DNA of 64,000 nucleotides from Eledone cirrhosa (Eukaryota): NCBI GenBank assembly GCA_964016885.1, contig CAXHJY010000269.1, positions 1 to 64,000 of the forward strand, read 5' to 3'. Shown piece by piece: positions 28,940 to 42,311 of this stretch (position 1 is its first letter; each line of letters starts with the position of its first letter). The notes under the pieces were generated by a model. It saw only the letters and a program-made list of their open reading frames with translations, ran no database searches and was not told where the DNA came from. The position numbers and the translations under genes were made by a program.

Positions 28940-31570
28940 GAAAAATTGAACAGGGACAGGACAGAGAGGCAGTACAATAAATGTTTATTAAATTCACGCT
29001 CAGGAGAGTGGGGTGTAGGTGGGGGACGACGTTTCGGGCATAAGCCCTTCTTCAGGTGAGTAGTGTGTGGGAACAGAGTTCAAAGGGTGTGTGGGCGAGT
29101 GGTGGAGAGACATATAGCGAAAGGAAACGGTGCGAATGAAAAATTAACAAATAAAGACAAAAAATATAATAAATAAAAATAAAGCATGATCAAAATACAA
29201 GGAATGAGAAAATTTAAAAATAAAGGCATGATCAAAATAAACTGAAATTAAAAGGGGGGTAAACAGGTGGTGGAGGGGTGTGGGGTGAGTAGAAGTGGTG
29301 GCGGGTGGAGTGGGGAGAGGGAGACGGGGTGTGCGAGCGGGGAGGGCTGAAGGTGGTGTGTGTGGTTAGGTGTGCGTGTGTGTGTCTGTGTGTGTATGTG
29401 AAAGTGAGGGTTGGAGGAAGAACGGGGTTGCATGTTCAGGAAGGTGTGTTTGGGGGGTGGTTTTGTGGGTCGGAGTGTCGGTGCGTGTGTGGATAGGGGG
29501 GTGGGGGGAGAGGAATCAGGAGGTTGAGGGTGTAAATTTTTGGTGGAAAGCACGTGTGTGTGGTTTAAGCGTGTTGTGGGTGTGGGTGGCGTGCGGAGAA
29601 AAAAAATGTTTGGGAGGTGTGTGTGTGGGTCAGTTATATAGGTGATGGCGTAAGAGGATGGTTGAAAAGTTGGCAAGTTCCACGGATGTTTGGAGATTAG
29701 GTTAGAAGTCAATTTCGCGTGTGGGTAATCCAAGAAGCGGTGGTCGGAAGAGGAGAGATGTGGGGTGCTCGCGCAACAGGAAGTGGTCAGCAGTGGGAGT
29801 GCTGTGGTCAGTTGGTGCTGAGAGGTGGTCGGAAGGGCATAGCAGCAGTCGGTGGAATGGTAGGGAGGCGAGGATGGGTAGGTGTGAGAGTAGGAGTGAG
29901 GAGGGTGTGTGTGTGTGTGTATTAGTAGGGGTGTTAGTGGGATGAGTGAGTGCGGAGTGGGGAGAAAAGGGTGTGTGTGGTTCTATGGAGGGAGTGTGGT
30001 GTACTGGTGTGTGTGTAGTTTGGTGAAGAGGTATTAGTGGGTGTTAGTATACGGGAGGTGGGGAGGGGTGGAATGCAGGTGTGAGTGAGGGTTAGTGGTG
30101 GTAGGGTGTGTAGAGTTGGTGGTGTACGAGGGTGTGTGGGTACGTGTGCGTGGGGTTGGGGGGTGTTAGTGATGTTAGTTGCGTGAGGGGTGGGTGGTGT
30201 AAGTGGGTGCGTGTGTGCGTGTGATAAGGAGGGGGGAGAAGGAGAAGAGGGGAGGGAAGGGATGTTAGTATGTTAGTTGGGGAAGGGTGGTCAGATGAGG
30301 GGTGGAGTGGAGGTGTTAGTATTGTTAGTGTGGGGTGGGCGGTGAAAAGGAGGGGTGTGTTAGTGGTGTTAGTGGGGGATAAGTGTGGGGGGAGGGGGGC
30401 GGTCGAACGCTAAAGGAATAAGGGTGGGGAGTTCAGGCCGGGGGGAGTGTGGGTCTGTAAGGTGAAGATAGTGCGTTGTTCGACCGTAAGGCGATGGGCG
30501 GGTGTTCCGTGGCACTGGAGTAGGCCACAGACTGTGAGATGGCGTGCGGAGTGTCCAGGGCCACCAAAGTGGCGGGCGATGGGGGAACTGCCCCCGAGAC
30601 GAATATCCCGGAGGTGCTCCGTGACTCGGTCCGCCAGGCGACGCCCCGTCTGTCTGACATAAGTCCGTAGACTAGGTTGGAGGAGGTGCAGCGGAAGGCA
30701 TGCCGGACCGAGAGAGAGTGGCCGTTGGGACCCTGGAAGGTGGTGGTGTTGGTGATGTGGGGACAGGTGTTGCAGCGGGGCCTAGAACAGGGGAAGGAAC
30801 CGGGGGGACCAGAGCGTGGGTTGGGGGGTAGGGAGCTGTGGACGAGGAGGGTGCGGAGATCGCGTGCGCGTTTGAAGGAGGGGAGTGGTGGGGTTGGGAA
30901 GATGTGGGAGGTGGAGGGGTCGGACTGGCGGCGTCGGAAGAAGCGGCGGATGGTGCGGTGGAGGGGTAAGGTGGAGGGGTGGTAGGTGATGGGGAAGGGG
31001 AGACGGTGGGTAGGTGTGCGGTGGCGTGGGGTGAGGGTGGTGGAGCGGGGCATAGCACGGGCGCGGATGAGAGCGGTGTAGACGAGAGAGGGGGGTAACC
31101 TCTGCGGATGAAATGGCTGACTAGGGAAAGGGCCTGGGACTCGAAGTCAGCATCACGGCTACAGAGGCGGCGGATCCTGAGAAGTTGGGAGTAGGGAATG
31201 GAGAGTTTAGTGTGGGTGGGGTGGGAAGAGGTGAAGTCGAGGTAAGAGTGGGAGTCGGTGGGTTTGAAGAAGGCGGAGGTGACGAGGGAGTGATGGGAGG
31301 GGTCGAAGGCGACGGAGATGTCTAAGAAGTGGACGTGGGTGGTGGAGATAGAGGTGGTGAAGTGGAGGGAGGTGTGGAAGGAGCAGAAGAAGGAGAGAAA
31401 GGAGTCGAGCTGTTCTCGGGTGAGGGTCGTGGCTCCGATACAGTCGTCAATGTAACGACCGTACAGTTCGGGCGTGGGGCCGGTCTACTGGGCAAAGATT
31501 TGGGCCTCAACATGGCCAACAAAAAGGTTGGCATAGTTCGGGCCCATTCTTGTGCCCATGGCTACCCCCG
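28940..31570 (-). mobile_element. GC-rich Penelope-like element, 5'-truncated in the RT
   Basis: GVAMGTRMGPNYANLFVG...YGRYIDDCIG, FKPTDSHSYL, CSRPRCNTCPH...CTSSNLVYG (Zn-linker/GIY-YIG). Long C/A-rich 3' region. Confidence 0.88.
29025..29058 (-). ncRNA. Minimal (dimer-type) hammerhead motif at the PLE 3' end
   Basis: Minus strand reads cac-CTGAAGA-a-gggc-ttat-gccc-GAAACGTC-gt. Palindromic ACGU stem III, very short stem I. Confidence 0.7.
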
Positions 31571-31728
31571 TATATATATTTGGTAATATTTAGTGTTCAT
31601 ATATATATATATTTATATTTGGTAAGAACTGGTGTTCATCAGAGCCTAGTAATCGCTCTGTATAATCAGTTTCTGATTATTACTGGAATTCTATAAGAAT
31701 CCAGTCTCTATAATTTTCGGGAGAGGTC

Positions 31729-31770
31729 GGCTCTGATGAACACCAACATTGTGAAACAGATCTGTCAGCT
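31729..31770 (+). ncRNA. Type-I hammerhead ribozyme within a ~330-bp island (31613-31934)
   Basis: ggct-CTGATGA-aca-ccaacat-tgt-GAAA-c-agatct-g-TC|agct. GUC triplet, predicted cleavage after C31766. Confidence 0.8.
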
Positions 31771-32740
31771 TATTTCCCTTCCTTTGCTTAAAAAAGAAGT
31801 AAGTGACATAGTCACTGCTTTAAAACAATAGCGCTAGGTCTTCAAACTATTTTTAATAAAACATACAGTATATTACCAAATATACTATACATGTTTTCAT
31901 GTATACATCGCTATTTCAGAGCACCAATCGTAATTTATATATATATATATATATATATATATCATCAGTAGCTATAACGTTTGATGGGAAACCTAAAACA
32001 TGAAAATGAATGCTTTAGTGTCGAAGTTCTTTGAGATGTGTATTTTGCAAAGATTTAAATACATTTCTATATTGTCAACATCAGAAATTCAAGTAGCCAG
32101 AAATTAGATCAGTGTCTCCAATGTTATACGTAAACTGGTATATAACTACCATACAGTTTGTCTTCATTTTGGCAATCATCGATGTAGAGATATCGACTAA
32201 TGCCGGTTTGGTTTTTGCTGTCACTTATGTAAAGGCTGGTATTTTTATGTTACTTTTCCAAATACTAGCTAACACGCATAAGCTTTCTTCACGTTTTCGA
32301 ATGAAACTATTATTCATTCCATTTTTTTTTCTCAGCATTCTTACCATTAATACCTTTTAAACATTACATTTCGGCGTCTTTTCTCACGGTATGTGTTGAG
32401 TGACTGGCTGTCTTTAAGAAAAGCAAACTACTTCACTAAAATATCGGACACATGGGACAGCTGCTGACAGTTAATGGACTTCAATTAACGGTGTCAGCAG
32501 TTCCTGCGAAGTATTTTTCGGAGGAGGGGATCTGACCTTGTCATTAATAAAAAATGTCTGTCTTCTTTGACATGAGGTCGTTCAATAATCAGGTTGCTCT
32601 CCCCACTACTATTTAGGTCATGAGACATAAATAAAGACATGATGGTACATATATTTTATATTTAATATTAACAACCTCGTGCGTGCTATTACTAACTGTT
32701 TTAGCAGTAATGTTTACAATATATATTCCATTCACTAGAG

Positions 32741-33058
32741 GAGGGAGCCTCGCGAGGTTGAGTGGCTGCTGCAGCGGGTTTCGCTGGCCATCGTCCGGAT
32801 TAATGCTTTTGCCGTCTTGTCCATAGGGCCCAGCACTCCTTCCCACTTGTCCGAGGCCTAAAGCCCAACCTCCTCCTCAACTCCCCTCTCTTCTGCGACA
32901 CCAGAGCTCTTGCCATCCTCTCCCTTTCTTATTTTTATTCTTTCTTTCTCTCTTTTTTTTTTTGCTATATTTCCATATTCTCTCTTTCCTTTGTTTCCCC
33001 CTTTTTTATTTGTTCTTACTAAATAAAGCTTGTTTTTTGCTTTTGAATAAATTAATAT
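32741..33058 (+). mobile_element. 3' fragment of a CRE-clade (REL-endonuclease) non-LTR retrotransposon with an 11-bp TSD
   Basis: From 32742 reads REPREVEWLLQRVSLAIVRINAFAVLS...*, matching the CRE C-terminal QR(L/I)S(L/I)AI.RGNA motif. TSD attcactagag at 32730-32740 and 33059-33069. Confidence 0.7.
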
Positions 33059-33195
33059 ATTCACTAGAGTATAGTCGAGTACAGTAATACATATCTCAAC
33101 TGATAATTATTTCGTTTATAACATATATTTTGGTACCTTATATTGATTTAAAGAATGACTTGGTCATGGGAACAAAAGCTATACATATATATCTA

Positions 33196-33385
33196 ATAAT
33201 TGTTTCTACTTTTGGCACAAGGCCAGCAATTATTTCACTGTATTACTGGTACTTTATTTTATCGACTCTGTAAGGATGAAAGGCAAAGTTAAGCTCGGCG
33301 GGATATGAACTCAGATCATAAAGGGCTGTAACTCTTTGCTGTAAAGCATGGCGTCCAACCCTCTACCGATACTGCCAATCCACCA
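33196..33385 (-). mobile_element. Nin-type tRNA-SINE
   Basis: Reverse complement of the SINE family. Confidence 0.8.
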
Positions 33386-36039
33386 TATAATAATATAGGG
33401 TGAAGACATTTAAAAGACGGAAAAGGAAGTTGCCATCAGCCTCTATGAGGAATTGAACCTCATATCACCCAGAAACTTTAACCATCTATCTAAGGGGCTG
33501 TGACACATTTTCCGCGGTCTTTAAAACTAGATACCTGGCTACCTTTCAGATGTAAGCAGACGGACAGTCGTATGTAAAACATGTCAACCGAATTCTTGGG
33601 GTATTATGCGTTGAGAATATTTATATATATATATATATGTGGGAGAGAGAGAGTATAAAGTCGATAGTGTACCCTAAATTTGTAGTGCCTTTCTCAAGCT
33701 GTGTAGAAATACATAACAGGATGTAAATAAATATGTACGACATGAATAAAGATTTCTTACATACGCAGAAAGCCGCAATTTTTCAAATATAATATTCTGA
33801 TTTTTCAATGGCGACACACTTCTTAACTGGGTTGTCATACTCAAAAACGAAACAATTGCCACAATTTCTGCAGAAAGAGAAATCAAATATGTTTAAAATG
33901 TATATCTATCCGTACTTGAGTCAAGAAACGGCGTATTTGTAGTGACATTAGTGTATCGGATTAAAAATATCTCGATATTTCTTTGGGCTCAGAGCTCTCC
34001 TCATTTAGATGTATCTCAGATAAACTTTATTTTTCGTAATTTGAGGCCAATGAATAAAGCACTACCCCAGTACTGGGGTAAATATTTCCTATCCGTCTCT
34101 CTGTATTTCTCTGGAATATATCGGCTGTATTACAACCAGCAGTGAGATGAGCTCTGCTCAGTAAAATATGTCCAAATCACGTTATATGTCATCGTGGTGC
34201 CCCTACGTTCCCGTCATTATGTAAAGAGATTACATCAAATAATGTGATCATAGAAATAGTGTGCTCAGTTTCGAATACAAGAGGTTCATGGATAGAACAG
34301 ATCTGCAGGTAAAAAATACTACTGAACCACGATGACTATAAAAAGAACAACTGTGAGTAGGTCCTATGATCTGGAAAGTTAATAGTTATTCTTTCTGCAA
34401 TAACTGACGGAAATTATATTTACGGTGTAATGTATATTCTAAATTATTTTGTTAAAAGGAAGCTACTAGATAGATAAATATACGTGGGTGATACGATTTA
34501 AAATTAAGGCAATGATTAATTACACTTTCTGTGGTATTTAACAGCTTGGATGCACATCAAAACATAATATATCCATTGGATACTGTTTCAAAAGGCATAT
34601 CTAAGAATTCATTCACATATATCTAATAGCGTTGAAATGGAAAGTCACAATGACACAGATCTTCACAGACTAATATATAAAGACAATGCTTTCAGCCACA
34701 TATATAAAGCTATATGCAGATATATCTAATACGTAGAGTTGTAAATTAAAGATGTGTGTATTATACATATAAATTGAGGGAATTTCAGACGGCGAAAATA
34801 ATGTATGGGCAAAATTGGCAAGCTGCCTCTAGTAAGACTGGAACTTCGTGCCTCTTAAATCATGGTTGAGGTCTCTAATAATCGATTTAATGAGCCGAAA
34901 TTTAAGGGATACAAATGTTCGATACTTTGCATACAATGTTGTTTACATTCAAAAGCTATTCTCTTTAGGAATCTTATTTAGATGGATATTAATGTTATAG
35001 GCTCTTGAACTCAATTGTTAGACCAGTCAATCAGAATTTCAGAGATACGTAGTTCGATTCTATATATTCTAAGATAGAGTTTATAGCTATTGATTTCAGT
35101 TACACTTATTTGCTGCGTCTGAAATTCCGACATTTTTTAAGGGTGTTCATGTGTGTGTTTCTGTGTATATGTGTGTGTGTGTGTGTGTGCCTGTGTGTAT
35201 GCGTGACTAGAAATTGCGTGGATAATCACAATTGATACGAGTATTTTACAAACTAACCCTAATTAAAAAGTGAAGCATTATTTGATTTCTATAAAGTATG
35301 AGTCGTACGGATGAGTGACGATGGCCTGGGAGCGGCACTGGGCATTTGAACCAGTCACCTAAACAAAAGAGTTAAATAGATAAATAATCAGGAATAACCA
35401 AGTAATATCGTGTACTCTGCTTTTATCGTGTAGATCACCAACACAAGAGAGTTTGTTTACCGTAGCATGACTGAGGAGTTGTTTCAACAGTAGTGAGCTC
35501 CACCTGTCGACAAGCACCTGTAGGGTCTGGGAGGTAGCAGGATGGGGGGAAATGTGACGTTATGGCAAATATAGTGTGATTTGACAGGGTGTTGATTGGT
35601 GAAGGATATGCAGTGATGAGAACACTGAATTGCAAGAAACGGGAGGTGTAGTGATGGAGAAAATAGCTGAGGAGCGATAGTTGAGGGGAAATGGGTTGGA
35701 TGAAAGAGTAACTACTATTGTGTGATAGTGAGGATATGTGTTTTCAGCGTGGAGACAACAGCCAAGGAACAAATAGAGGAAGGTGAAAGAATTGAGTCGG
35801 GGTGTAAAGTGTTGGTATGGATAGATTATAAAGAGCATTAGCTGAGGGTGCATAAGCGGTGCACATAAAAGCATATAATGTGGTAGTGAAAGGATCTATA
35901 GGCTTTTACGCGGACGACAGCTAATGAATGAATGATACGGAAACGCATGGGTTTGTATGGTGTATTGATGGTAAGGATAACTGCCAGAGAGTGCTAGTAG
36001 AATGGGAGATAGGATAAGTCAGGCCACATTGTATGCAGT

Positions 36040-38380
36040 TTGACTGGTCTTCACCAGTACAGCACAGCACCAGCCCTCACGGTCCTTGGTCATTTGTGTT
36101 GTTCGGTTTATTTTTTTAAAGATCGGTCTTCACAATCACATCCCATGTCTTCTCTAGTCTGTCGCTTCCGGGGGTTCCAGCCTCTGGCGTTGCTTTGCAA
36201 TTGTTTATGTACCTGCTATCTTCCATGTGCATCACATATCCATACATTCACAGTCTTCTCTTGCACACTATATCCACATCATCATATGCCAAGTGTTTTC
36301 CTCTGTGTGCTTATGCTATGCCACTCATGCACACTAACAGTGGAGCGCATTCCTCTCGTTTCTTTCTAGCCTCAACAAGTTTCTTTTGCAGATTACACAC
36401 ATACATCATTCCGAAGGATTGCAGATTACACACATACATCATACAGTCTACTCTTAACTCTGAAAACTGAAAAATAATCACGTTGTTGCCAACAGCGGTA
36501 ACATCTCTCTAAACTCTTCCAGCCTTTTTTCACCTAGCTATCACACTTCCAGCACATCCTCACCCACTGCTAATTTGATCACCTAGGTAACAAAATCTCA
36601 CAACTATTTCTTATGAGCCGTCCTCTCAAATTTAAGGAATATCCTTCACGTGTGCTATTTGTGCCCCCTTACGTACATCTGCAGCATATAACCTTTTTAT
36701 TCTGGGTTAGTCTGCCTGCAATACCACTACATCACTTGTGTGTCAATACATTACACTGTGTAGACCGTTTAGAGTTACTGCCCGCATTTCTAACATATGA
36801 AACAAGTCGACCTCTGTAAAAGTATCAACCTCCTGTCTTCTTTCCTACTTAATTAGACTTTTGTCTTTACTAAGTTTACATTTAAGCCTTTGAATTCAAG
36901 CTTCTTTCAGTATGTAGGAGTTCCCATAGAGTGCCAGATTTAAACTCCTCAGTGATGGCCTGAAGGCCATTGGTAAACAGGAGTGAGCTGAGGACAGATC
37001 CTTGCTGTACATTAAATTCATCACTCTATTCATTGCAAAATCAAAATCTGCTTGTATCTTTATTTATAGCGTGCACGGCCTTCACAAGCCTTCGGTTTAC
37101 ACCTAGCTTTCTACATGCCTACAAGCTCTTCCAGTTTAGAATTTGTAAGCCTTCTCCATATTTACCAATGGTAAATACAGTAGCTACACATAGCTAATTA
37201 TTTCTGTGATTTTCTCACCAGAAAGAGGGCATCGGGAGTATCTGGGCCTCATAGAAATCCAAACTGCATCTCATCTAACTTGATTCTGTCCCTTATTAGT
37301 TGAGTTATAACACTTTCAGCATCTGTCATAACCTGGTCCATCAACTTAATGTCTCCGTAGTCACTTCTCTCTACAGCATCTCCTTTGCCCTTGTGGCTAT
37401 TTGGAATAATACTGTTTCACCAGTCATTGAATATAACATAACCCATTACTACTTGATTAACTATGCGTCTGGCTAGCTCGTATCTATCATTCCGGATGCT
37501 TTTAGCATCTCATTGACTCTATCGAATGGTCCAGCGTCTTTACCTACCTTCCTGTCCTTAATAGCATTATCTATCCCATTCTTGTCACATTCATATATGC
37601 CTTCTAATTTGGGTTTGCATGGGGTAGGTGCCCACTGTCTCATTTATTTTCTTCGTTCAGCAGCTTCTCATAGTATGTCTTACAGTCTTACATTCTCCTT
37701 CTTTCGGCATCAGACTGTCATTTCGGACACACATTTCCCCAAATGCATCACAATTTTCTTTATCACACAAATACTTCACGCCTATGATATTCAAGACACA
37801 GAGCATGTGCAAAATTATTTTGCTACCCGTACCTTCACTAGATATATTTGCCACCTGACCTCTCCAGTCATCTCATTTTGTTTAATGGCTTTTTCTACCT
37901 TGTTATTCCACCACCACGTCAACCCAGTCTTGGTAGAATCTTGTTCCAGTCGCAGACTTAGTTCGCAGCTTCCAGTAGTTTGTCACGTAGACATTCTCAA
38001 TTTTTCTCTATCTGATATGCCCCTAACTTCTATTTCTTTCTGTCCTAGGCGTCAAGAAGAATTTCTCTGAATTTTTAAGGTACATAGTGTATTCTGACCT
38101 CCCATCTCTTCCTTCTCCTGGGAGGATGAGGAGGAGGAGGTTCTCTTGGTCCATCTAGCCTTTATTCTAAGACCACTTGCATATAATCTATGTTGGGAGA
38201 TGCATTCCTCCTCAGGAATCGACTTCACATTTGCCCGTCTCGTTTTTTTGCTTTTTTTTGTGAAAACGACATCTATTTGGCTTGTGTGTGTCCCAGAATG
38301 GTAAGTGATCAGGTGGCCGCCTGTTTTCCTGAAGTTTCTATTACAGAGGGGTAGGTTGAGATCATCGCATAATGATAACA
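36040..38380 (-). mobile_element. Heavily decayed RTE-clade LINE (APE end plus RT)
   Basis: CNRNFRKTGGHLITYHSGTHTSQIDVVF...EECISQHRL (APE C-terminus). QQGSVLSSLLF-like and FCYLGDQI-like RT remnants at ~36570-37010. Confidence 0.7.
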
Positions 38381-38940
38381 TAATTCTATATAAAAGAAAC
38401 TCGCCCAAATATTTGACCGTGTACTTATGCTATAGCAATTATAAAAAATGCCGCTGGCATATCAGAAAATGTATAACGACTTTCGACATTGGAATTATCT
38501 TATTTCAAATCTTATGTTGAATCACATTGGCTTTCTACCTATCATGGTCAATGAAACAGTGCCCTATTAAATCATAAATTTGATTAAATTAAATGACTAA
38601 AAGCTGGAAACATTTGATAATATAAGTGTTAGTTCAAGCCCAAGTTGAATATAAACGTCAGCAAATGGTAGTAGGAGCAGTAGTAGTGGGGTGGCATCGC
38701 TGGTGGTGATAGTAGTAGAAGGTAATAGTAGTAGAGTGGTGGTATTAGAAGTAGTAGTAGTATTGATTTCAACAGCAGCAGCATCAAAGACGAGAACAAA
38801 TATTTGCGTAGGTGGTTAATTAAATATATATATATATAGCTTTACATGCTGACATTAGCTAGAATCATTTTAATGCTTGCTGTCAAGCAACACACTTGAT
38901 TCCATCGTAAAATTATAAACAGACGGAAAATTATATCAAC

Positions 38941-39315
38941 ATGTTTACCAGGAATGTTGTTTTCTTATTATTTTTCAGCTTGCCTATTTGGTATGTGGCA
39001 AAAGCAGGTTTAGAAAAGCAATGCAACGAAGAGACCTTGAGAATGGGCAGTACATCAAGTAAATCCTGTGCTAAGAAAGTACACTACTTGGTACGACTTA
39101 TCTGCCACCAGGATAAATATACTAAGAAAATTCAAGGAATTCTATCACGCGCTACTTCTTGTAAAAAGCATACACGTAGAAATCTCAACAATATTGTCAT
39201 CGGTAAACATAAAGCCAAGAATTACTTAGTAAATGAAAATAACTTTTGGAATGGAATAGTCTGCGAGTGTTGCTACAATGCTTGTACGTTGGACGAACTT
39301 CTAGAATATTGCTGA
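38941..39315 (+). CDS. Secreted insulin-like peptide precursor, molluscan-insulin-related (MIP) type, 124 aa
   Basis: Hydrophobic signal peptide (~aa 1-22). B-chain Cys28/43/55. A-chain GIVCECCYNACTLDELLEYC (C-x-CC-x3-C-x8-C, with the extra Cys typical of MIPs). Uninterrupted ORF. Confidence 0.9.
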   Translation: MFTRNVVFLLFFSLPIWYVAKAGLEKQCNEETLRMGSTSSKSCAKKVHYLVRLICHQDKYTKKIQGILSRATSCKKHTRRNLNNIVIGKHKAKNYLVNENNFWNGIVCECCYNACTLDELLEYC

Positions 39316-40981
39316 GTGAGTCCCAAGGGATTACATAGCTCACGCACAGCTGTCTCCGTCAATGACCTGTATGTCGTTTCTTTTATTTGACATTTTCCTA
39401 CATCTATTCATATTACTACTTTGAGTTTTAACTGCTTTATCATATTACTGCTCCTCACCTGACATATTTACACATATTTAAAAACATTGGTATATTCATT
39501 TTATTTTATTTCAAACTATCCAATCTTATTTTTTAGTTTGTATTAAGTACTTTTGTCGTCATTTTTATAAATCTTATCTACTAAGATGTTGTCATTCGAA
39601 ACATGTAAACTTAGTTTTTATGTCTAATTATGTTAATTTTTATAAACTTGAGTTTTAATGTTGTTGCACTAAAAAGAAATATTTGTATATTTTTATTACT
39701 CTTCTAGGCTGACGGCTGTATCCCCAGCACACACACACCCACCATTGGGCTACAAAAGGCGAGTAATTCTCGATGGTTTCGAATGCCATATTCAAAATAC
39801 ATAAGTTATATAAAAAAAAATTACACCTCAACTAACTGCACTTAAATTTTTTTCTTCTCATTATTACACACGCCATGGTGACGGTTGTCATGCTAAACAA
39901 AAGTCAAAATATTTAATTCTTGAAAAATATTTATCAGTATCTCTATTCATTTTTATCGTCTGGAAGAATCAGCGTAGAGAAATAGCCTAGCCTTATTTTT
40001 TAGTTCAGATTTTGAGCGATCAATTTTTGTCCTCAATCCTTCGATGATCAGTTACTATGCAAATCTAAGTAATCCAATGAAAACATCCAGATTTTGTGCA
40101 GTTAAAATATTTGAATATCACTTTAGTAAAACGGCTGTAAGATGAAATTTCAGGTTTCTTTAAATTTGCTGGAAGGAAATAATTTCAGTTTACCGAGAAA
40201 TATTAGATGGTTTCTCTAATAGAAACTTTCTGAATGATTTTAAAGGCCAGAAGTGAAACTGAAGTTTGCTGTAGTTATTGCAGAATTTAGCTGGAGGGTA
40301 CTAGCATGCAGAAAAAAATCTCAATGAATAGTTAACGTAAACTTCAAATAAGAAACGTTGAATTTTAGAAAATATGCATGGCGAAAAGTAGATAATCGAA
40401 TGTTATCGGAATAAAGTATGAAATGTCCGTGTTTTTATACTTCCACACTTAAAACTGTAATTAGCAAAGCGTCCCATCAAACTCTATGCCTTGATGTTGT
40501 ACACGTAAAAATAAAATATACCAATACTGAATTTCTGGTTTCCATTCACTTTAGAGGGGTATTTCATGTGGATAATTACGATTGTGTACCGAACTATATA
40601 GCCACTATATAAGAATGTACAATTAAAGAAAAACTTGAATAAACCACGTAATGGGTGTTAAAGTTGTCACAACAAAAATAACCATGAAGAATGCATGACA
40701 TCAAAAGACACTACAAATGCAAGTGTCTCCATTTTAAAGCAACCGCAACGAGGTAGCATATACCATCGATGAAGTCTTAAGTATGAAAAAGCAAGACTGT
40801 CACAACACTGTCGTAACATAATGTCACAGCACTCTGATATGTCACAACACAATGTTACACAGCACAGTGTCACAGCACTGTCAATTTGTAAGGCTGACAC
40901 ATGATACTTTGGCTGATTGAGATCAAGTTAAAATCTAAGAGCAAACTCAGAGCTATAACCAATAGAATGAATCAAAAGATC

Positions 40982-41015
<34 letters not shown>

Positions 41016-42261
41016 TGTTCTGTAACCACACAAATGCTTAAGCTTGCATGATGTAACAAATGTTGCTTCCGTTTATTTGGATTCGGTGTCCTTATCATTA
41101 TGGGTTTGTCTTTGGTATCACTTCCTTTAAATTTGACAGATAATTAATCCATATATTGAAAATAAGTTTTTTTTCTTTCCAATTTTTATTTACTTACATA
41201 TATTATTTTAGTCTGGAGTGCTGTCTTACCCCCCCCCCCGTAAGACTGTCTTCTGTACAAAGATAATGTAGCTGTATTCCTGATACTGTTGGGAAAGCCC
41301 CCACGTTTTCATCCAGTTACCTTATTCGACAGTCCACTATTTATAAACAATTTTTACGGTCAGAGTAAATTCAACATTAAAATAAAATCGTTCAGAATGA
41401 AAGATTACTGCTTGGAGTGATTTGAGTAGTTTCATTTTGTCATCTTAAATATGTATGTTCCGTCTCCTTCCTTTTCCTTACCAAATATTGACTTGATCGT
41501 ATGAAGTAAACCTCTTTAAAATTCAACCCATTGACTTAACCAGCGAGATTTTCTATTTTCCTCGTGTTTGAAATGTATAAAGTGCTACGTGACTAATATT
41601 CCACAATTAGAAATTTATATTAAAGATTAAGTTTTAGTAGATGGGTATCATTTTAGTTTCACTCAAACCATAACTTCATTTTGCGTTTTCTTTTCTTCTA
41701 TTTGTACAATTCCCATGCGACATACACATGCATTTTATGTATTTTGTTTTCTTCTGCTTCGAAATTGATCGCTTGAGTGTTCTACAAGGCTAATTAACAT
41801 ATGCATCTTTCACTGTAACGACCATCAGTGATGGGAGTAACATAATCCGTAATATATGCAGGGGAATACCAATTAAGACGATTATTATATTCCCTACCTA
41901 CATATTTATCTGAGAATGAAAGTGTTTGTTCTGATTAGATTTACGTAGTAAGTGGTACAAATATATTTCTAAATACAGAAAAAAAATATTATAGCTAAAA
42001 AATATATCCAAGCGGATTACTCACTCCTCTAATTTCCAATGTGTATGCCAATTTGTAAATCGGTTAATAAAAAAAAAAATCTTCTGGAATTTTTTTTTTT
42101 TTTTTTTTCTTTTTTTTTTCAAAAGAATGCTAACCCTCTGTTCTGAGGGCACCAGCAAAGCGTATAATAAACCGTCTTGATGTCAGTGGAATAAAATAAT
42201 TGTTCAGTATATAAAGATCCTACTGAAAGGGGTTTCTACTAATGTGTATCAAACTGCATCA

Positions 42262-42311
<50 letters not shown>

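Noticed and set aside
34336-34360. TATAAAA plus GTGAGT as promoter and first exon of the insulin gene
   Set aside because: The donor is too close to the TATA box, and such motifs are common in AT-rich DNA without transcript evidence.
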